Assembly: GCA_963697895.1 (NCBI GenBank)
Contig: OY969100.1
Coordinates: 1,216,001-1,280,000 of the forward strand
Direction: 5' to 3'
Length of the DNA: 64,000 bases
Source of the DNA: an uncultured Methanomicrobiales archaeon
GTDB taxonomy: Archaea > Halobacteriota > Methanomicrobia > Methanomicrobiales > Methanospirillaceae
Shown here: positions 53,443 to 62,600 of the stretch, in pieces
Layout of the letters: each line of letters starts with the position of its first letter
Position numbering within the stretch: position 1 is the first letter of the stretch
Translations under genes and position numbers: made by a program
Notes under the pieces: model-generated
The model's input: only the letters and a program-made list of their open reading frames with translations
Database searches by the model: none
What the model was told of the DNA's origin: nothing

Positions 53443-54725
53443 ACAGGCGAGCGCACGGAAGCTCGAGAGTATCAATATCATCAACGCCCTCCGCCGGGGG
53501 ACGGTCCCGGCGAGCGGGCTGGAACGCGTGGGGGTCGGCCTCGACGTGGAAGAAGGAGTGATCGCAAAGCAGGCTCGATTATGTCGCCCAGGCAGGAGGG
53601 GATATGAAGTTCATCCGGGGGGACTATGGATCGGGTAAGACGTTCCTCGTCGCCAGGGCGCTTGAGATTGCACGGGAAAAAGGATTCGTGACCGCTCACG
53701 TGGTGATCTCATCAGCGTCCCCTCTGTACCGGCTGAAAGGGATTTACCAGCAGATATGTTCCACCCTCCGGACCCGCGACGAGGAGCATGCACAGAAGGC
53801 GATCATCGACTCCTGGCTCTTCGGGATCGAGGAGCGTATCATCTCCATCGGGGGTGGTGCCGTTGAAGAGGAGGCGCTTGAGCACGCGACGGAAAAAGAG
53901 ATAGAGGCGGCACTGGCAGACATCAGCGAGATGAACACGTCTCTCGCAGCAGCGCTCCGCACCTATTACCGGGCGAATAATGCGGGCGATTTCCCGGCAG
54001 CCCAGTCCGCGATCGGCTGGATGATGGGTGAACCGAACATCGGCCGTGACTTCAAGCAGAAGGCAGGGATCCGCGGTGATATCGATGAGAGTGTGGCCCT
54101 GATATTTCTCCGGGGGCTGGTCAAGATCATGGTCAGCGCAGGCTACAGCGGTCTCACGGTGGCCGTGGACGAGCTCGAGACGACCCAGTCACTCCCCCGG
54201 AACCAGCGGGAGAAGGGGTATAACACGCTCCGCCAGATCATCGACTCCCTCGACCGCGGTGAAATGCCCCACTGTTTCTTCCTCTTTACCGGCACCCCGG
54301 CCTTCTTCGAGGGGCCTCGGGGGATCCGGACCCTTCCCTCGCTTTTCGACCGGATCAGCGTCGTGCAGACGGATGCATACCGGAACCCCCGCCAGCCGCA
54401 GATCATCCTCTCGCGGTTCAACGCTCAGAAGCTCGAACAGGTCGCCCTGAAGGTCTGCGATATCTATTCGGAGGCGTACACCGCAGTCGACCGGGAACGC
54501 ATCTCTCACCGGTTTATCCGGGCGATGATCCAGCGCCTGACCGGAAAATTCGGGGGGCGGGTCGATGTCATCCCCCGTATCTTCTTAAAAGAGTTCGTCG
54601 ATGTCCTGGATAAGTGCGAGCTCTATGAGGACTACGACCCGTGGGAGAATTACCAGTTCGATGCGGAGCACCTGAAGGGGGAGCTCCGGCAGGAGGAAGA
54701 GGCAGTCATGGTGGTCCGGTTCTGA
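53423..54725 (+). CDS. DUF2791 / BrxD-like P-loop ATPase, frameshifted at ~53573
   Basis: INALRRGTVP..GL...VG N-terminus; KFIRGDYGSGKTF Walker A; VAVDELE Walker B; LFTGTPAFF; NPRQPQI. Confidence 0.8.
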
Positions 54726-55020
54726 CCGGGGATGAACCAATGGATCTTTTGGCGTATTTCCCGGTCAGCTCCTGCAGCCGGGGAAACATTGGGATCAGCC
54801 CCGCAAGTCAGCTCTTCAGCCGACCAGGAATTGGTCAGCGATTCAATGATGTGCAAACACCCCATGACCCATTCCATTCATGAAGCCATGATGAAATCGG
54901 GGGTCGACTTTTCTGCCGCACATCCTGCCCATTCCAGCTGATGGATACCAGGAATGAACATGTCGCAGGCTCGTTCCTATTATGGCCGTGCCGATGAATC
55001 CATTCAAGGAAAAAAAGAGA

Positions 55021-55434
55021 TTAGAGAGAACACATGAACCGGGCTCCCACACAGCAGGACCCCGATGATCTGGCACCGGAGCCTGCATAGTAGGCACCGT
55101 ACGTTTGCGTTCCGCTTCCAAGTCCGGTTATCGCCGGGTTGACGGTGACGGAAGAAACCGGTTGAATGGCTATGGCTCCGGCCGGATAATCAATTATACC
55201 AGATCCCGGTGCAAGAGGAATATACGAGGGACTGAACGCCCCCGCCGGAACAGGGGATCCGGATGATACGGTTATCGGTCCACAATAACCGGGGCACTGC
55301 CCGGGAAACGCCTCCAATGAATACGGAGTCGGGTAAAAAAACTCTGCTGAAACTGCGGGGGCTACCAGCAGAAACATCGCTGCAATACATCCCGTCAGGG
55401 ACAGGATCTTAAGAATGCTGCATTTTTTCATCAT
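55021..55434 (-). CDS. Hypothetical secreted Pro/Gly/Tyr/Cys-rich protein
   Basis: Signal peptide (..AMFLLVAPAVSA-E); AT-rich upstream region. Confidence 0.6.
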   Translation of the reverse strand: MMKKCSILKILSLTGCIAAMFLLVAPAVSAEFFYPTPYSLEAFPGQCPGYCGPITVSSGSPVPAGAFSPSYIPLAPGSGIIDYPAGAIAIQPVSSVTVNPAITGLGSGTQTYGAYYAGSGARSSGSCCVGARFMCSL

Positions 55435-55714
55435 AGGGTATCCTCGCCTTCATGACCGTCGCGATATCTCATTTAGTGTTTATCCGCGAAGATCAGGCCA
55501 CCTTTTTTGCGTTATTCATCTGAATATTTAGATAGAGAGTTCAATAATTTTCTTGTCGCGGCGGTGTTTTTTTATAACTACGCCGTTTTACTCTCATACC
55601 TTCCGGTTATCTTCACCAGAATGTTGGCATACAGGGGTGGAATTGTACGGCAGCCTATTCTATGAAAGGATAATATATATCCGATAAGAAGGATGATTAA
55701 AAAAAATCATATGA

Positions 55715-56968
55715 CTATTTTCTCTTTCTCCGGATCTGGACCGATTTTGCATGGGCATGGAGCCCTTCTGCGGTTGCGATCGTCTCTGCTACATCCCCTA
55801 TGACTTCCAGCCCGTACCGGTCGATGATCTGGACCGGCGACCGCTTCTGGAAGTGATGCACATCGAGACCGGAATGCACCTGTGCGGCACCCGCCGTGGG
55901 GAGCACATGATTGGTCCCCGATGCAACATCCCCGCATGCAACGGCGGAATACGGCCCGATGAAGATCGATCCGGCATTCTGCACCCGTGAGAGGAGGGGG
56001 AGAGGGTCTGCCACCTGCATGGAGAGGTGCTCGGGGGCGAGGAGATCGCTGACACCGACCGCCTCCGAAAGATCGCTGACAATGATGTATCCGCAGTTTG
56101 CAATCGCCTTCGTGATGATATCCCGGCGGAAAGACCCCTTCGCCATCGACTCGACACGACGCCCGACCTTGACCGCGAGGGCGGTATCGGTGGTCACCAG
56201 GACGCCGGCTGCCTCCGGGTCATGTTCCGCCTGGGCAATGATATCGGCGGCGATGAACTCAGGATCGGCCGTTTCATCGGCGATGACGACGATCTCGCTC
56301 GGACCTGCCGGAAAATCGATCTCCGCGTATTCCCGGAGGATCATCTTTGCAGCGGTCACATAGAGGTTTCCCGGCCCCACGATCTTCTGGACGAGAGGGA
56401 TCGTCTCTGTCCCGAGCGCCATCGCCGCGATCGCCTGTGCACCTCCGATCTGGTAGACCTCTTCGATACCGACGATATCCAGGGCGACGAGGGTGAGCGG
56501 GTGGACGGGGGGCGGAGTACAGCAGCAGATGGACGGGACACCGGCTACCTGCGCCGGAACGGTGCACATCAGTGCGGTGGAGGGGTACGCGGCACGGCCG
56601 CCGGGGATGTAGGCCCCGATCCGCGTCAGCGGCGTTGTCTTTGTTCCGAGGATGATTCCGGGTTCCGTCTCCTGTAGCCACAGGTCCCGGGGGAGCTGCA
56701 GCTCGTGATACCGCGAGATCCGAGCCTCGGCTTCGATGAGGGCCTCGACAACCCGGGTATCGACCTTTTCGTATGCTGCGGCCCGTTCTTCATCGCTCAC
56801 CCGGAGATTCTCCAGGTGCACGTGATCATACTCCTCGGTCAGCATGATCAGGGCGTCATCCCCTTCCTTTCTCACCTTTGAGATGATCTCCTCTACGGCT
56901 CTCTTCACAGACGAGAGCCGGGATCTCCGCTGACCGACCCATCCCTCCACCGTCACCGCTTTCCACAT
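55715..56968 (-). CDS. hisD: Histidinol dehydrogenase
   Basis: YIPGGRAAYPS, GGAQAIAA, GPGN.YV, AGPSE, QAEHD, APEHL, SGTNHVLPT. Confidence 0.95.
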   Translation of the reverse strand: MWKAVTVEGWVGQRRSRLSSVKRAVEEIISKVRKEGDDALIMLTEEYDHVHLENLRVSDEERAAAYEKVDTRVVEALIEAEARISRYHELQLPRDLWLQETEPGIILGTKTTPLTRIGAYIPGGRAAYPSTALMCTVPAQVAGVPSICCCTPPPVHPLTLVALDIVGIEEVYQIGGAQAIAAMALGTETIPLVQKIVGPGNLYVTAAKMILREYAEIDFPAGPSEIVVIADETADPEFIAADIIAQAEHDPEAAGVLVTTDTALAVKVGRRVESMAKGSFRRDIITKAIANCGYIIVSDLSEAVGVSDLLAPEHLSMQVADPLPLLSRVQNAGSIFIGPYSAVACGDVASGTNHVLPTAGAAQVHSGLDVHHFQKRSPVQIIDRYGLEVIGDVAETIATAEGLHAHAKSVQIRRKRK

Positions 56969-57145
56969 GGAGAAACAGTCAGCAGGTAGCATGGTTAAGG
57001 TTTCGGGGCCCCTTATTTCCGTTTCTATCGTTTCGTTGGATGGAGCATCGTCCAGACCTCCAGGAAATGAAGAATAAGTCCTATCGGTATTTCATCAAGG
57101 AGCGGATGAAATTGTACTTAAATCAGCAGGTATTGCAGATGGTAT

Positions 57146-57180
57146 AGTATTTGATATATCAATTGATTAATTAATTGCAT
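57146..57180. promoter_or_regulatory. Candidate operator array upstream of the TupA-WtpA fusion
   Basis: TTGATATATCAA palindrome (57151-57162) overlapping ATCAATTGAT; related boxes at 61513-61539 and 62350-62387. Confidence 0.5.
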
Positions 57181-57244
57181 TAACTTTTGTTTAAATTAAA
57201 AGGAAATGTTCATTAAATATGTCACCCAGTTCAATACGAATACC

Positions 57245-59179
57245 ATGATGCCGAAAAAACACACTTATATTTTTTTTGCCCTGGCCGTCATCGCTCTGAT
57301 CGTGGCTGGAGCGGCTTTTGCCGGGTGCACAACGACCACGCCGCCGGTAACGCCGACCGCAACCCCGACCATTACGACCGGGAATGGCACGCCTGTCCCG
57401 ACCGCGACACCGACGGGACCGCCGCAGAAACTGATCCTCTCGACCACTACCAGCCTCTACGATACCGGGCTGCTCACCTATCTCAAACCGAAATTTGACG
57501 CGCAATACAATGCGGATCTCCTGATCACGTCTCAGGGTACCGGTCAGGCGATCGAGATGGCAAAACGCGGCGATGCAGATGTCCTCGCGGTCCATTCCCC
57601 GAGCCAGGAACAGGCCTTCCTCGAGGCGGGTTACGGGATGAACCATCGCTGCTTTGCCTATAACTATTTCATCATTGTCGGACCGGCGAATGACCCGGCC
57701 GGAATCACGGGACTCACCCCGGAGCAGGCCTTTGCAAAGATCCGGGATCTGGGGCTGAAGAACACTCCGGGGGTCTACTTCGTATCACGGGGAGATAACT
57801 CGGGTACGCACTCTGCAGAGAAGAATATCTGGGCAAAGGCAGGGTTCAACTATACCAGGGATATCGAGAAGTCCGGGAACTGGTATCTCGAGTCGGGATC
57901 CGGCATGGGGGCGACCCTTCTCCTCGCGAGCGAGAAACAGGCCTACACACTCTCGGACGAGGGAACTTTCCTCGCGTACAAGGGTAAACTGGAACTCGAT
58001 CCGATAATCACACAGGGCGCCAGCCTGCTTAATGTCTACAGTGCCATAACCCCGTACACGAACACATCGACACCGGATAAGATCGCCCTCGCGAACGATT
58101 TCGTCAACTTCATGATCTCTCCCCAGACCCAGGCAGATATCGCCAGTTTTGGTGTGGACCTCTACGGAAAGAACCTCTTTACCCCGATGAACGGATCCTG
58201 CGCTCAATTTAATTGTGACTGTACCGATCCCGCGGATGCCACCGTCCCGCTCCTCGTCTTCGAGGCAGGCAGCCTGGTCAACCCCTTCGCCAAACTTGCC
58301 TCTCTCTATACTGAAGCACACCCCACCGTCGATGTGGAGCTCTCATCCGGACCGAGCACAACCCAGATCGCGAAGGTGACGGTCGGAGGAGCTCCGGGTG
58401 ATATCGTCGCCAGTGCGGATGCCACCCTCATTCCCCAGATGATGTATCCGAATTATGCGAACTACTACATCACCTTTGCACAGAACCAGATGGTCCTCGC
58501 GTATACCAACAATAGCATGTATTCAAACGAGATCACCGATCAGAACTGGTACCAGGTTCTGAACCGGGACGGGGTCCGGTATGCGATCAGTAACCCGAAC
58601 ACCGATCCCGCCGGTTACCGGTCCCTGATGACCATCCAGCTCGCGGAACGGATATACGGTGACGGCATATTCAACAGCCTTATCGGTACCCACAGCGGTA
58701 TCACGAGGACATTTGCCGATGGAATTTACACCATAGACGCAACAAAGCCATCCCCGGACAACAAGACGTTCTTCATCGGCCAGTCCGGCCCGGACGTCGT
58801 ATCCATGCTGAAGAACGGGACCGTCGACTATGCCTTTGAATACAGCAGTGTCGCTATCCAGAACGGCCTCCCCTACATATCGCTCCCTGCGGATATCGAC
58901 CTCTCATCCTCGAATAACAGCGCGAAGTATGCCACGGTCAAGGTAAAACATGTGTCGGGTAATACGAACGCAACCGAGACGGGAATACCGATCATATACG
59001 GGATCACTGTCCCGACGGTCTCCCGGCAGCCCGATCTTGCCAAGGATTTCATCCGCCTGCTCCTCAGCCCACAGGGACAACAGATCCTGATCGCCGACGG
59101 GCAGACCCCGATCGTCCCCGCAGGGGGCTATGGCAATGTCCCTGCAGATCTGAGGCCTTTCGTAAAGATGAATTCTTAA
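57245..59179 (+). CDS. Lipoprotein fusing TupA-type and WtpA/ModA-type tungstate/molybdate-binding domains
   Basis: Lipobox AFAGC and T/P linker. Domain 1: LSTTTSLYDTGLL, GTGQA, SRGDNSGTH, YTLSDEGT. Domain 2: VFEAGSL, ASAD, NPNTDPAGYRS, YAFEYSSVA, YGITVP. Confidence 0.85.
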   Translation: MMPKKHTYIFFALAVIALIVAGAAFAGCTTTTPPVTPTATPTITTGNGTPVPTATPTGPPQKLILSTTTSLYDTGLLTYLKPKFDAQYNADLLITSQGTGQAIEMAKRGDADVLAVHSPSQEQAFLEAGYGMNHRCFAYNYFIIVGPANDPAGITGLTPEQAFAKIRDLGLKNTPGVYFVSRGDNSGTHSAEKNIWAKAGFNYTRDIEKSGNWYLESGSGMGATLLLASEKQAYTLSDEGTFLAYKGKLELDPIITQGASLLNVYSAITPYTNTSTPDKIALANDFVNFMISPQTQADIASFGVDLYGKNLFTPMNGSCAQFNCDCTDPADATVPLLVFEAGSLVNPFAKLASLYTEAHPTVDVELSSGPSTTQIAKVTVGGAPGDIVASADATLIPQMMYPNYANYYITFAQNQMVLAYTNNSMYSNEITDQNWYQVLNRDGVRYAISNPNTDPAGYRSLMTIQLAERIYGDGIFNSLIGTHSGITRTFADGIYTIDATKPSPDNKTFFIGQSGPDVVSMLKNGTVDYAFEYSSVAIQNGLPYISLPADIDLSSSNNSAKYATVKVKHVSGNTNATETGIPIIYGITVPTVSRQPDLAKDFIRLLLSPQGQQILIADGQTPIVPAGGYGNVPADLRPFVKMNS

Positions 59180-59444
59180 TCTTTTTTTTAAACAAATGAT
59201 TCAACCGGAGATATCTCTTCCCGGTTTCGCACCCCGTTATAAAATATATATGATTAACTTTACTCAAAATAAATATATTTTTAACGATACAGAGAGACAG
59301 AGAAGGTGTCGCACAATAGGGGAGTCTGTGCGACAGCACCTATGCCATCAATTATACAGGCACAGCAAAGGGGTCATTGGCCATGCGATCACGGGATTAA
59401 CCCCCGGCAATGACCTTTCCCATTTCCCCTGTTTTCATACCGGT

Positions 59445-60575
59445 TTATGGAGCGTTCAGATCTTTTCTCCCATACCGGTTCTTTGCCCATGGCAGGAGGT
59501 ACGCGATAATCAACCCAACAATAAATGCGACCGTCATCGAGCTGACCAGGGCGAGTACGGCAATAACCCCGGTCACGATATACGAATCGGTCTTGATCCC
59601 ATGGCGTGCCATTTCCAGGGCGACAAATGCCAGGAGTGCCCCGTAGAATCCCCCTGCGATGAGACTTAAGAACGCCTGGCTGGCAAAGAAAAGGGCGAAG
59701 ATAATGAATATGAGCCCGGCATACACGTTCGCGCCACCGGTCCTCGCACCGAACCGGTATTGTCCCGCGAGCCCGCCTGCCCCGTGACACATGGGCATTC
59801 CGCCGAAGGGAACCGTGGTGAGGTTCATCAGGCCGATCGTCCGGGAGAGTCTTTTCGGCGGTACCTGGCGGGAGAACAGGTCTTTTGTGAGCAGCGAGGT
59901 CGCGAGTATCGCGTTCGTGATCGTGAGGAGGGCCTGGGGCAGGACCAGCTGGGAAAGCGCCGTCGCATAGTCCGATAAATCGGGGATGACCAGTTCTGGT
60001 GGGGGTATCAGGCTGATCGGGGGAAATCCCTGCATTGCGATACCGATGATGAGGGCGATACCGATCACAACGAGGGATGAGACATCCGGGACATTCCTGA
60101 ACCGTCCGAGGATAAGGAACAAAATGATGACACCCACTCCGATTGCAAAGTAGAGCACCCCTCCGATCAGGAAGGTTACAGCAGTCCGGAGCAGCAGCAG
60201 CGCGAGACCGAGCTGGATCCCCCGGATAACGCTCTGGGGAATCCACCGCTCGATCAGCTCCATCCAGCGCCCGAATCCCAGCGCGAGAAATACAATCCCG
60301 AGAATAAGACCGGCAGCCGCGATCGGGCCTGCGCCGAGGCCTTCGGCGATCGCCACGATCACGATCACTTTCATCGGCTCGAGGGGTATCGGCAATCCGT
60401 AGTAGATGCCGGTGATGATGAACCAGATACCGAAAAAAAGGAATATATACGGAAGATTGAGCCCTGCGGTCAATGCAACGGCAAAGACAAGGGGAAGGAT
60501 CGTTCCGAAGTCGCCGACACTCCCCGCCAGCTCGCGTATATCGAACCGTAATCTGTCTGATCCCCATATCTTCAC
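59445..60575 (-). CDS. MOT1-family molybdate/sulfate transporter
   Basis: ELAGSVGDFGTILP, PIPLEPMK, MPMCHGAGGLAGQYRFGARTG. Confidence 0.88.
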   Translation of the reverse strand: MKIWGSDRLRFDIRELAGSVGDFGTILPLVFAVALTAGLNLPYIFLFFGIWFIITGIYYGLPIPLEPMKVIVIVAIAEGLGAGPIAAAGLILGIVFLALGFGRWMELIERWIPQSVIRGIQLGLALLLLRTAVTFLIGGVLYFAIGVGVIILFLILGRFRNVPDVSSLVVIGIALIIGIAMQGFPPISLIPPPELVIPDLSDYATALSQLVLPQALLTITNAILATSLLTKDLFSRQVPPKRLSRTIGLMNLTTVPFGGMPMCHGAGGLAGQYRFGARTGGANVYAGLIFIIFALFFASQAFLSLIAGGFYGALLAFVALEMARHGIKTDSYIVTGVIAVLALVSSMTVAFIVGLIIAYLLPWAKNRYGRKDLNAP

Positions 60576-60653
60576 GGCATCACCAGGCTTTCTGTATGCT
60601 TCCTGATCCGGACCGGATCTTCCGGATGTCTAATCCCGGTTGAACGATCCCCC

Positions 60654-61465
60654 TCAACCGGCCCGGATGATCGTCCCCACCGGCCCTCCCTCCACTGCTT
60701 TCCGGATATTGCCGGGAACATGCCCGTTCACGATCTTGACCTCTTTCAGGTTCCGTGAAAAACGCAACAACTCGACAACTTTCGGTTCCAGGACCATGTC
60801 CTCCATGTCCATGGCGAGGAGCTCGTCCGCGCTGATATCCCGGATCAGTTCAGCATCCGGGTACCGGAGAGGGTCCTGTGTATACAGTCCGTCCACATTC
60901 TTCACAAGGATCAGGTTCTTTGCCCCAGTACCTCGGCGGCAAGGAATGCGCCGGTGTCGGTACGATGGGGCGGTATCATCCCGATCTCGGCGGGCTGCTC
61001 GTAGAGACCGTACGGAGGAGTTCCATGGATCACCGGGAGGACACCGAGCTCCAGCATCATCGGGAGTTCGAGGAGATCGCCCGTGTGCATCCTGACCCCG
61101 TGCCAGGGTGAGAGGAGCAGCGAGAGCATGATCGCATTCTGCTCGCTGATCTTTCCGGCGAGCTCTGCAAGGACACCGGTAGGCATCCCGAGATCGAGCC
61201 CGACGTCGAGGATGTGGCGGACACGGACCCCACCTCCGGTAACGACCAGGATCTGGTGTTCCCGAGAGAGCTCCCCGATCTCCCGGACCAGGGGGAGCAC
61301 CACCTCCTTTCCGTAATCGATCAGGCCATGCCCTCCGACCTTTACCACATTCAGTTCGGGAAGGAGGCGGAGCGTTGCACGCCCTTCGTAGGTGCGGAGC
61401 AGTCCTTTCCGGACGAGGGACTCCCCCTGCAGTTTATTCTGCACTTCAAACCGCTTTCGCTTCAT
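60654..61465 (-). CDS. Molybdenum storage protein (MosA/MosB-like, amino-acid-kinase fold), frameshifted at ~60925
   Basis: VVKVGGHGLIDYG, TGGGVRVRH, DLGMPTGVLA, IPPHRTDTGAFL; then KNVDGLYTQDP and NGHVPGNI in the next frame. Confidence 0.75.
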
Positions 61466-61512
61466 GGGTACACACGATATGTTTATTATGAGATAAGGTT
61501 AATATTCTGTGC

Positions 61513-61539
61513 GGTAATCAACTGGTATATCAATTGATA
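61513..61539. promoter_or_regulatory. Candidate operator in the divergent mos-like / small ORF intergenic region
   Basis: GGTAATCAACTGGTATATCAATTGATA, including the TATCAATTGATA palindrome. Confidence 0.5.
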
Positions 61540-61589
61540 AAGAAGGATCCAATTGGGTGCCCGTTGATACATGCTGAGGAGAGAGAACC

Positions 61590-61796
61590 ATGATGAAAAT
61601 TTATGTACGGGAAAGAATGAAGGTGCGGGAAGGAGTCCATCAACCGATGTTCCGCATCGTGGCAGTTACGGGCGGGCAGATCCAGATCGAACTCACCCAC
61701 TTCCGGAAGTTCGAGATCGAGCAGATCGCAAAGGATGTCGGGGCACAGGTCATATATTTTGAAGAAATCCCCGACGACGAGAAGAAAAAGCATTGA
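61590..61796 (+). CDS. Small hypothetical protein (68 aa)
   Basis: GAGGAG upstream; MMKIYVRER...ELTHFRKFEIEQIAKDVGAQVIYF; followed by a T-rich tract. Confidence 0.65.
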   Translation: MMKIYVRERMKVREGVHQPMFRIVAVTGGQIQIELTHFRKFEIEQIAKDVGAQVIYFEEIPDDEKKKH

Positions 61797-61944
61797 AATC
61801 CCTATCATTTCTTTTTTAATGCGATCAATGTGCTGAATGTATATTTCACGGGCCTTGATCTGAAACAGGTCAGGGGTCCTGATGAACCGGTCGATTATCC
61901 ACACGTTATTTAATGCAGGAAACCCATATCACCAACAAAGTACC

Positions 61945-62307
61945 ATGCCCGCGCTCTCGATTGAAACGATTTTCGATGCGGCAGTCCGGATCCAGCTGAT
62001 CGAAGAGGAGGCGCTTTCCCTGAACTTTTCCAAAGACATGCTTTCCATAAAATTTCCCACTACCCGAAGGCTCGCTGAATTTCTGAATGTCCCCCACTAT
62101 TATGTTCTTCCCTATTTTGCGATGATGGAACAGGATCAGCTTGTTACGAGGGCGGAACGGGTCGGCATTATGACAACTGCCCGGGGAACTCATACATTTC
62201 TCAGCCTGATGCAGGAACGGTATCGCGAAGAAGCCGTACGCATCCTCGGGCCGGTTGTTTTTGCGGAAATACTCCTTCGCGCTAAGGTTTCTCCTTCTGA
62301 TGCATGA
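61945..62307 (+). CDS. GntR-like winged-helix transcriptional regulator
   Basis: KFPTTRRLAEFLNV....V......MEQDQLVTRAERVG fits the GntR pattern LPS.R.LA..L.V....V......LE..GL.....G.G. Confidence 0.65.
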   Translation: MPALSIETIFDAAVRIQLIEEEALSLNFSKDMLSIKFPTTRRLAEFLNVPHYYVLPYFAMMEQDQLVTRAERVGIMTTARGTHTFLSLMQERYREEAVRILGPVVFAEILLRAKVSPSDA

Positions 62308-62349
62308 CCGGTAGGACCAAAATATTTCCCGGCACAGGGTTCTCCGGTC

Positions 62350-62387
62350 TGATAACCACCTGGTAATCAGTTGTTACACCAACAGGT
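62350..62387. promoter_or_regulatory. Candidate operator array upstream of tupBC
   Basis: TGATAACCA (62350), TGGTAATCA (62361) and TGTTACACCA (62372) at 11-bp spacing. Confidence 0.5.
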
Positions 62388-62600
62388 TAGCTAAATCCTT
62401 TTTAAAATGTCCCCAAAACAGCAAAATTCATTACCTTCTATCTGAAATGTTACGTGCCAGTCTGAAGTATTCCTGCCTGTGGCAATTCGATCGGGGCAGA
62501 GAAATACTTCATAATGCCGGTTATTCCGGAATCAGTAAGGACCACCGTCCCCCCTCCAGTCCTTGAGGAAATTAACGATCGGGAGTGTAGCGAGTAAACG

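Noticed and set aside
53423-54725. Complete BREX system
   Set aside because: Only the BrxD-like ATPase is present; no pglX, pglZ, brxC or helicase in the window.
54732-54941. 69-aa ORF after the ATPase as a helicase remnant or third component
   Set aside because: No recognisable motifs; cannot be supported as a gene.
60654-61465. Uridylate kinase pyrH
   Set aside because: Motifs and Mo/W gene context fit MosA/MosB-like proteins better.
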